Origin: Sphingobacteriales bacterium
GTDB lineage: Bacteria; Bacteroidota; Bacteroidia; Chitinophagales; JADIYW01
Assembly (NCBI GenBank): GCA_947460245.1
Contig: CANHGL010000002.1
Location: 3,588 to 67,587 of the forward strand
DNA length: 64,000 nucleotides
Direction: 5' to 3'
This document shows positions 57,206 through 64,000 of this stretch, one piece after another. Below the pieces are notes generated by a model that ran no database searches, was not told where the DNA came from, and was given only the letters and a program-made list of their open reading frames with translations. The stretch's first letter is position 1. The number at the start of each line of letters is the position of its first letter. The position numbers and the translations under genes are program-made.

Positions 57206-60200
57206 ATGGTAAGGCATTTTTATTCTTTCTTAGTTTTGTTGACTAGCACACTTTTATCTTTCTCAGGAAATGGGATAAAGACAGTGGATTTAGTTAATTC
57301 AGATCTTGATCTTTCTAAAGGGAATAAGAATGCTGCTTATTTCAGATTTGATGGACTAGACTATCTAGTGATAAAGTCAGTACAAGGGGATTTAGCTTCA
57401 TTTGATGGGTCCGGTTTTAAGGTGCAAGCCTATTTGGGAGATGGTCAGTTTCTGGTAGCTGTTAAATCGGAGGATGTTTTAGCCGCTTTAAAAACTATAA
57501 AATATGAAAGGCTTGCTTATTTAGCTCCGAATGCTAAAATTGATGCTTCATTAGATGGACTTACATCCGCTGTTCCTGTTACGGTAGTTTATGGAGCTGC
57601 TGTTAATCAGGAATCAATAGCAGTAATTTGCAGAAAGGAGGGTATTCAATTAATATCTAACGACAAAAAGAATTATCATTTTAACACCTTATTAAATGCC
57701 GGGCAGTTGTCCAGGTTAGCATCTTATCCATTTATCTTTTATATTTCTAAATTCTACGAAAAGAAGAATCCACTCTGTTATGAATCTTCTTTGATGATGG
57801 GTGTCAATCAAATCCAGGAGACAAATCCTTATGGGTATCAACTAAAAGGTGAGGGAATTAATGTTGGGGTTTGGGATGAAGGTGCCTATGGAACGCATAT
57901 CGATTTACCGGTAAATAAGAATTTTGTAATTGATAAGTTGTATAGTTATTCTGCCGTACTAACTCATGCTACCTATGTAGCTGGTTGCTTGGGTGGAGCT
58001 GGTAATATTTCTCCTAATTCAAAAGGGATGGCACCAAGGTGCACCATGTATTATTGGGATTTACTGGATGACTTAATTGGAGAGATACAAACTGGTAAAA
58101 CAGCTTATGATATTGATATATCCAATCACTCCTATAATTTCGCTGCTACTAACTGTAACTCATCCGGATCCTATATTCCAGAGGTCGCTGATTTAGATAA
58201 ATTAGTGTATGACTATCCCAGTTTATTGCCCGTAGTTGCGGTAGGTAATTCCGGTGCTGTTGCTTGTGCTTCTATAACCGATACATTCAGGTCTGTCGAT
58301 ATTGGATTTCAGGGATGTAAAAATGCCATCACTGTGGGATGGTTGTTTGGTAATAAAACTATAGCCACTAATAGTGGAAGAGGGCCGACCTCTGATGGTC
58401 GATTAAAACCTGAATTGGTAGCCAAAGGATGGGGTGTTACTACTACATCGCCCAATAATGGATTCATCACTGCTTATGGATCTTCATTTTCTGCACCTAT
58501 GGTGTCGGGTTTGGCGGCATTGTTGTATGAAAAATACAAACAGCAATTTAGCACTTTGCCTAATGGCGCACTTATTAAATCTATACTTTGTAATACTGCG
58601 AGGGATTTAGGTAGGACTGGTCCGGATTATACTTATGGTTTTGGAATACCGGATGCAAAGTCCGCTGTATCTAGTTTAGTGAATAATTTATTTTATGAGG
58701 GCGATGTATCTCAAGGAGCCTTGGATATTCATGCGGTAACTATTCCTTCTAATACCGCTAAGTTTAAAGTTACACTTTCATGGATAGATAAAGAAGGAAG
58801 TCCAGCTGCCACTACATCTCTGGTCAATAATTTAGATCTAAAGCTTGTAACGCCCACAGGAGATACTGTATTGCCTTGGAAGTTGAACCCTAATGCATAT
58901 AAAAATATAGCTGTAAGGGGAGTGGATAATATCAATAATATTGAACAGCTTACTTTAGATAATCCAATTGCCGGCAATTATACAATAGTTGTAAAAGGAA
59001 GTGCTATACCTTTTGGTCCACAACATTTTGCGGTTGCTTTTATTTCACTAGATAGAAAAGTAGAATTAACCCATCCCAATGGAGGTGAAATTATTGATGC
59101 CGCTAGTTCAAGTGCTATCAGATGGTATGCCAATGGAATCGATACGCTGGCAAAAATAGAATTTTCATCAGATAGTGGCCAGTCATGGCAGACTATTATC
59201 AATAACCAACCAATTTCTACGGAAATATATACATGGTCAGTTCCTGTTGTAGCGAGTAATAAGTGTTTAGTGAAAATTTCATACGGCAACAGTTCTGCTG
59301 TTTCTGCTAAGCCATTTACGGTGGCACCTCAATTAAACTATGCGCAAATAAGTCATGCTGCTTGTGACAGGACAGTTAAAATTAATTGGTCTGCAGTTAA
59401 TAGTGCCTCAGGATATAAAATATATTTGTTTGTAGATTCTGTTTGGACATATATCGGACAGACAAATCTACTTACTTATACTATAAGTAATCTTACAAAT
59501 GGTAAGGCATATTCCTATGCTATTTCTACAATAGTAAATGGAGTAGAAAGTAATCACAGTTATGCAAATTCCTTTACGCCAACATCGAAGGCTTGTTCTA
59601 CGGTAAATGATGTGGGGGTGTATGTTATAAACCGGCCTTTGGGAGGAAGAGTTTTTACATCTTCTGCATTAACAGCTACTCAAAAAATTTCTCTTATTGT
59701 AAAAAACTATGGCACGGCTTCACAGAATTCAATACCGGTTTATTATACCATTAATAACGGGCCTGTCAGAAATCTTCTTTCCACAGATTTGGTTACTACC
59801 AATGACACTTCTATAGTGAGTTTTCAGGTAGATGAAGACTTAAGTGCAGTGGGTAATTATATACTTAAAGCTTGGACAAGTCTTCCAGCAGATGAAAATA
59901 TTTTGAATGATACATTGATTGCTACCATACGTCAATTGCCGAATAGTCCACTTCTTTTACCATTTAAAGATTCTTATGAAACTTTGAATGGTAACTATTC
60001 TTTACCGGTTTTTGGATTAAATGGGCTGGAGTATGCGGACTATAATCCACAACAAGGTGCTCGTTTAAGAAGTAATGAGGGAAATACATTCGCTCTTTCC
60101 GGAAACAGGTGTATTGCTTTAGATAATTTTTCAGGCACTTCTACCCGAAATGAGTTATTCTTTACATTTAATCTTTCTGCATATAAGGATTCAGTTGTGT

Positions 60201-62443
60201 TTTTAGATTTTAATTATCTAAACAGAGGTGAGCAGGATGGAAATGATTCGCTTTTTATCAGAGGTGATGATAATAGTCCTTGGGTATTTTTATATAATCT
60301 TTACTCCAGCAGAGGGGCTGCTGGTTTCTATAAATTAGTTTCAGAACAAAATTTATATCAAAAGTTAAAAGTGGAGAATGGGCAGGACTTTTCTTCTAGT
60401 ACACAGTTTAGGATCGTTCAAACAGGCTCAAAATCTTCTACATCTCCATATAATGATGGCGGGTATTCTTTTGATGATTTTGCACTGTATGTCGGTGGCA
60501 GAGATGTTTCGGTATCAAATGCATTTGTTAAGAAAGTACATTGTAGTAACTCTTTTTCTCCTCAGCGAATTACGCTAACGGTAAGAAATAATTCAGCCCA
60601 ATCAGTTGTTGGGTTGCCTATCTTTTATCAAGTAAATAATTATCCCATAGTATCTCAAGTTATAGCGGATACTATTTATGCTTTGAGTTCATCGACCTAT
60701 TCTTTTGATTCATTATTTAATTATGCTGCTCCCGGGAAATATGCTATTAAAGTATGGGCGGAAAATCAGGGAGATAATTATAAGGTGAATGACTCTGTAA
60801 ATACCCTTTCCGTCTTGATAATGAAAACTATAGACACTTTTCCTTATTATAATGATTTTGAGTCTAATGATGGAGGTTTTTTTGCAGAGGGTATAAATAA
60901 TTCTTGGCTTTGGACATCCCCTCAGAAATATTTTATGAATGATGCTGCTCAGGATTCTAAAGTATGGACTACAGGAGTAAACAGAGGGTATAATTTTAAT
61001 GAGAATTCTTATTTGTATATGGGGTGTTATGATTTTTCATCTTTTAATAAGGATCCTTTAATTTCTTTTGATTTCCTATCTATTATGCAAACTCAATCTG
61101 ATTCTGCCTTCATGGAGTATTCAACAGATGGAAATAACTGGCAGAGATTAGGGTGTTATAATTGTGGTTTAAACTGGTACAATGGATATCAGAATAAGTC
61201 TTATTGGGACGGTATTGTATATCCTTGGCAGGTTGCACAAATTAAAGTTCCGTTAAATACTTTAGCAGACAATACGAATTTCATGTATCGAATACATCTG
61301 ATTTCGGATAACTATATTGTTAGTGAAGGTTTAGGTATTGATGATATACATGTGCTTAAAGATTATGATGTTATTCGTGATAAGGATTCTGCGTATGTCT
61401 CCCAGGTTTCAAATGGAAGTGGATGGATTCCGTTTTACAGAAATGGAAAAATAGTTGCTGAACTTTTTGATGACTATAAGAATCTTGGTGCTGTAACAAT
61501 AGGTTTTGAGGTAGATTCTTCAAAACAAAAGATATTTGATAATAAGAATATCTTTCCTCGAAATTGGGTAATTAAAGCACAGCATCAGATGATTGGTAAT
61601 TATAAACTCAGACTGTATTTGCTAAATAATGAGTATGTGAATTTTGTATCTAATGAGGATTCTATCAACAGAATGGGAGATATAAAAGTGCTCAGATATA
61701 TAGGATTAAATACCAATTTGGAAATAGCAGATAACTATGTCAATGCATATTACAAATATTACAGTCCACAGGAGATCCAATTTTATCCCTATCTGAATGG
61801 TTACTATGTAGAGTTCACTACAGATACTTTGGGTGAGTTTTATCTATTAAGCACTAAGAAGGATGCAGACGCTTTGCAAAATATAAATCTCATTGATTTC
61901 TCTGCACGTAAAGTTAATGATGATGTTTATCTGGAGTGGAAGACTACACGAGAAATTAATAGTAATTCATTTGTTATTCAGTATTCTTTCGATGCATCAA
62001 ATTTTATAGACATAGATACGGTTCCGGCTGGTGGTACATCATCTAATACCACAATGTATAATTATCTGCATCAGTTGAATGCCACTATAGGGGTTTATTA
62101 TTACAGAATTAAAATTTTAGACAACCAAAATAAAACAACTTATAGTTTGATAGATTCTGTCTATTTCTCTCCAAATCTTGGTATTGTAAATAACATAGCT
62201 TCTGTAAAGTCATATATTTCTGGAAGTGATATCATTGTTGAAATGCATAGGAAGACTTCTGGTCCTTATTCCATTAAGATATATAATGCTTTAGGTCAGC
62301 AACTCTTTAATACTCGTATCAAGCTATCAGATGGCATAAATCCATTAGGTATTTCTAATTTTGCACAATGGCCTAATGGTGCATATTTTATTAGAATGAG
62401 TTCAGATGCCTATAATTACTATTCAAAATTATTAAAACAATAA
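57206..62443 (+). CDS. Very large secreted subtilisin-like (S8) serine protease with P-domain, Ig/FN3-like and MAM-like modules and a T9SS C-terminal sorting domain
   Basis: 1745 aa with a signal peptide. The catalytic triad contexts are GVWDEG (Asp), THATYVAGCLGG (His) and GSSFSAPMVSGLAALL (Ser). A P-domain-like segment follows (KVTLSWIDKEG...NNLDLKLVTPTGD). The C-terminal ~80 aa (IKIYNALGQQLFN...NGAYFIRMSS) is typical of T9SS type A CTDs. Confidence 0.85.
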   Translation: MVRHFYSFLVLLTSTLLSFSGNGIKTVDLVNSDLDLSKGNKNAAYFRFDGLDYLVIKSVQGDLASFDGSGFKVQAYLGDGQFLVAVKSEDVLAALKTIKYERLAYLAPNAKIDASLDGLTSAVPVTVVYGAAVNQESIAVICRKEGIQLISNDKKNYHFNTLLNAGQLSRLASYPFIFYISKFYEKKNPLCYESSLMMGVNQIQETNPYGYQLKGEGINVGVWDEGAYGTHIDLPVNKNFVIDKLYSYSAVLTHATYVAGCLGGAGNISPNSKGMAPRCTMYYWDLLDDLIGEIQTGKTAYDIDISNHSYNFAATNCNSSGSYIPEVADLDKLVYDYPSLLPVVAVGNSGAVACASITDTFRSVDIGFQGCKNAITVGWLFGNKTIATNSGRGPTSDGRLKPELVAKGWGVTTTSPNNGFITAYGSSFSAPMVSGLAALLYEKYKQQFSTLPNGALIKSILCNTARDLGRTGPDYTYGFGIPDAKSAVSSLVNNLFYEGDVSQGALDIHAVTIPSNTAKFKVTLSWIDKEGSPAATTSLVNNLDLKLVTPTGDTVLPWKLNPNAYKNIAVRGVDNINNIEQLTLDNPIAGNYTIVVKGSAIPFGPQHFAVAFISLDRKVELTHPNGGEIIDAASSSAIRWYANGIDTLAKIEFSSDSGQSWQTIINNQPISTEIYTWSVPVVASNKCLVKISYGNSSAVSAKPFTVAPQLNYAQISHAACDRTVKINWSAVNSASGYKIYLFVDSVWTYIGQTNLLTYTISNLTNGKAYSYAISTIVNGVESNHSYANSFTPTSKACSTVNDVGVYVINRPLGGRVFTSSALTATQKISLIVKNYGTASQNSIPVYYTINNGPVRNLLSTDLVTTNDTSIVSFQVDEDLSAVGNYILKAWTSLPADENILNDTLIATIRQLPNSPLLLPFKDSYETLNGNYSLPVFGLNGLEYADYNPQQGARLRSNEGNTFALSGNRCIALDNFSGTSTRNELFFTFNLSAYKDSVVFLDFNYLNRGEQDGNDSLFIRGDDNSPWVFLYNLYSSRGAAGFYKLVSEQNLYQKLKVENGQDFSSSTQFRIVQTGSKSSTSPYNDGGYSFDDFALYVGGRDVSVSNAFVKKVHCSNSFSPQRITLTVRNNSAQSVVGLPIFYQVNNYPIVSQVIADTIYALSSSTYSFDSLFNYAAPGKYAIKVWAENQGDNYKVNDSVNTLSVLIMKTIDTFPYYNDFESNDGGFFAEGINNSWLWTSPQKYFMNDAAQDSKVWTTGVNRGYNFNENSYLYMGCYDFSSFNKDPLISFDFLSIMQTQSDSAFMEYSTDGNNWQRLGCYNCGLNWYNGYQNKSYWDGIVYPWQVAQIKVPLNTLADNTNFMYRIHLISDNYIVSEGLGIDDIHVLKDYDVIRDKDSAYVSQVSNGSGWIPFYRNGKIVAELFDDYKNLGAVTIGFEVDSSKQKIFDNKNIFPRNWVIKAQHQMIGNYKLRLYLLNNEYVNFVSNEDSINRMGDIKVLRYIGLNTNLEIADNYVNAYYKYYSPQEIQFYPYLNGYYVEFTTDTLGEFYLLSTKKDADALQNINLIDFSARKVNDDVYLEWKTTREINSNSFVIQYSFDASNFIDIDTVPAGGTSSNTTMYNYLHQLNATIGVYYYRIKILDNQNKTTYSLIDSVYFSPNLGIVNNIASVKSYISGSDIIVEMHRKTSGPYSIKIYNALGQQLFNTRIKLSDGINPLGISNFAQWPNGAYFIRMSSDAYNYYSKLLKQ

Positions 62444-63108
62444 TGGGTCTGGATATAGTGATTACCGAAGATGGTAGCAGCTCTATTTTCAATAAAGATC
62501 TTGATGAGCACTATCATTCTATACATGGTGCTTTACAAGAGTCTCGTCATGTATTTATTCAGGCAGGTTTGCATTTAAAAATAAAATCAAACACCCCAAT
62601 TTCTATTTTAGAAATCGGCCTTGGCACATCATTAAATGCATTATTAACTGCTTTAGAAGCTGGTTATTCTAAGCAATCTATATTCTATACTGGTATAGAA
62701 AAATTTCCTTTAAATGTTAGCTTCTATAATCACTTAAACTATGCTGCTATAATTGATGATGTTCATGCGGCAGCTATATTTAAGTCTTTATTTGATGCAA
62801 GTTGGGAAGCTGAGGTGCAGATTACTGATTATTTCAGTTTGCTTAAACTAAAAATGGATATTGCATCTATTTCATATGCAGATAAGTTTGATCTTATTTA
62901 TTTTGATGCTTTTGCACCTTCTGCGCAACCGGAATTATGGACAGAAGATATTTTCAGGTTAATGTATTTAGCACTTAAACCTGGGGGGGTACTGGTAACC
63001 TATTGTGCCAAAGGCATTGTGAAAAGAACTATGAAATCTGTAGGCTTCACGATAGAATCCTTGCCTGGACCTAAAGGTAAGAGAGAAATGACCAGAGCAA
63101 TTAAATAA
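62443..63108 (+). CDS. mnmD: tRNA (mnm5s2U34) methyltransferase, stand-alone MnmC methyltransferase domain
   Basis: 221 aa with TEDGSSSIFNKDLDEHYHSIHGALQESRHVFI, SAM motif ILEIGLGTSLN and LIYFDAFAP. The start overlaps the protease stop (TAATG). Confidence 0.75.
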   Translation: MGLDIVITEDGSSSIFNKDLDEHYHSIHGALQESRHVFIQAGLHLKIKSNTPISILEIGLGTSLNALLTALEAGYSKQSIFYTGIEKFPLNVSFYNHLNYAAIIDDVHAAAIFKSLFDASWEAEVQITDYFSLLKLKMDIASISYADKFDLIYFDAFAPSAQPELWTEDIFRLMYLALKPGGVLVTYCAKGIVKRTMKSVGFTIESLPGPKGKREMTRAIK

Positions 63109-63109
63109 T

Positions 63110-64000
63110 ATGCGTTTAGATTATCTTATAATTGGGCAAGGTATTGCAGGTAGCATGATGGCACATTTCCTTATTCAGGAAAATAAGAAGGTATTAGTCA
63201 TTGATCAACATAATCCGAACAGTGCTTCTAACATTGCTATTGGTGCGGTCAATCCTGTAACAGGAAGAAGGATGGCTAAATCTTGGATGATTGATGAGCT
63301 TTTACCTTTCGCTAAGGATACCTATAGGGAATTGGAAATCCTTTTAAAGAGTTCTTTTTTTTTTGAAGAAGAAATCTACAAGATCTTTTCTTGTAAAGAA
63401 GATGTAGAAGTCTGGAATAAGAAGTGTGTTATAGAGGAATACAAGAATTATCTTGGTCCTATCCTGAATTCATTTGACGATAATATATCCACGCCTTTTG
63501 GTTGTGGAATTATTAAAAACGGATGCTGGATGGATGTGCCTGTTTTTATTAAGTTATACAGGACGTATTTAAAAGAGCAATCCTGTCTTATAGAGGATCA
63601 GTTCATTTTTGAAGATTTAGAAGTTAGAGCTGATTGCATTACATACAAGAGTATAGAGGCAACTCATATTATTTTCTGTGATGGATTTAATGCATATAAA
63701 AATCCTTTTTTTGATTTTATTCCATTTTCAATAGCAAAAGGTGAGCAATTTCTCATTCGTTCGGAATTGCTTAAATCAACTAAAATTATAAATAAAAATA
63801 TTTTTTTAATACCTAAAGGTGAAGACTTATATCATGTAGGTTCAACATTTGTATGGGATGATTTGGAAGAAACCATTACAAGTACTGGCAGGATTGAAAT
63901 TGAATCAAAGCTTTCTAAAATGCTATTATGTCCATATACTATTGTAGAAGAAAAGGCTGGAATTCGACCAACTATCATTGATAGGAGGCCGGTTGTAGGT
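63110..64000 (+). CDS. FAD-dependent oxidoreductase (DAO family; probable MnmC oxidase-domain equivalent), 3' end outside the window
   Basis: My own translation from ATG 63110 stays open to the window end (297 codons). The N-terminus is MRLDYLIIGQGIAGSMMAHFL...VLVIDQ (GxGxxG dinucleotide fold). It begins 1 nt after the mnmD stop. Confidence 0.7.
   Translation, partial: MRLDYLIIGQGIAGSMMAHFLIQENKKVLVIDQHNPNSASNIAIGAVNPVTGRRMAKSWMIDELLPFAKDTYRELEILLKSSFFFEEEIYKIFSCKEDVEVWNKKCVIEEYKNYLGPILNSFDDNISTPFGCGIIKNGCWMDVPVFIKLYRTYLKEQSCLIEDQFIFEDLEVRADCITYKSIEATHIIFCDGFNAYKNPFFDFIPFSIAKGEQFLIRSELLKSTKIINKNIFLIPKGEDLYHVGSTFVWDDLEETITSTGRIEIESKLSKMLLCPYTIVEEKAGIRPTIIDRRPVVG

Noticed and set aside
1-64000. 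Scan for CRISPR arrays, rRNA, insertion sequences, integrases, toxin-antitoxin pairs or known defence-system gene sets
   Set aside because: None was seen. There are no regularly spaced direct repeats, no transposase or integrase-like ORFs, and every large ORF has a housekeeping or otherwise accounted-for assignment.

Overview
A 64-kb chromosomal window from a low-GC member of the Bacteroidota. The phylum call rests on a T9SS C-terminal sorting domain, a CarboxypepD_reg-type TonB-dependent receptor, TAnnTTTG-like -7 boxes and tight gene packing without obvious Shine-Dalgarno spacing. Most of the window is housekeeping:
- a complete 14-subunit nuoA-N operon (3.6-17.7 kb) with an OmpA-family lipoprotein gene wedged between nuoK and nuoL
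- enoyl-CoA hydratase, fumC, kup, a TonB-dependent receptor, etfBA and tilS
- hutH-hutU-hutI, with hutG displaced about 6.3 kb downstream
- the conserved thrS-infC-rpmI-rplT cluster
- gpx, ssb, folE, ccmE/ccmF-like cytochrome c maturation genes and mutS2
- a 1745-aa T9SS-secreted subtilase and a split mnmC (mnmD plus FAD oxidoreductase, truncated at the window end)

I saw no rRNA, tRNA, CRISPR array, transposase or integrase.

The stand-out is a compact, visibly more AT-rich minus-strand operon at 36748-41353, sitting between hutI and hutG. It is bracketed by two small ORFs of 44 and 51 aa, both below the ORF-track cutoff. These share an identical 13-residue block, EELEQRLEMKLDW, whose only DNA differences are four synonymous third-position changes. 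After the block they diverge into Cys-free, Trp/Tyr/Pro/Gly-rich C-termini.

Between the two small ORFs lie three genes:
- a 652-aa protein with an N-terminal polyprenyl-synthase-like region (GLQCYDDLFD) fused to prenyltransferase/terpene-cyclase-type repeats (Q-x-x-D-G-x-W)
- an M50-type membrane metalloprotease (HEIGH ... NLIPIFKSDG) with a PqqD/RRE-like N-terminus
- a secreted CarboxypepD_reg-like protein

I read this as a candidate RiPP-type (ComQ/ComX-like peptide isoprenylation?) gene cluster of a class I do not recognise. All functional calls come from motif reading only and need profile or structure searches to confirm.
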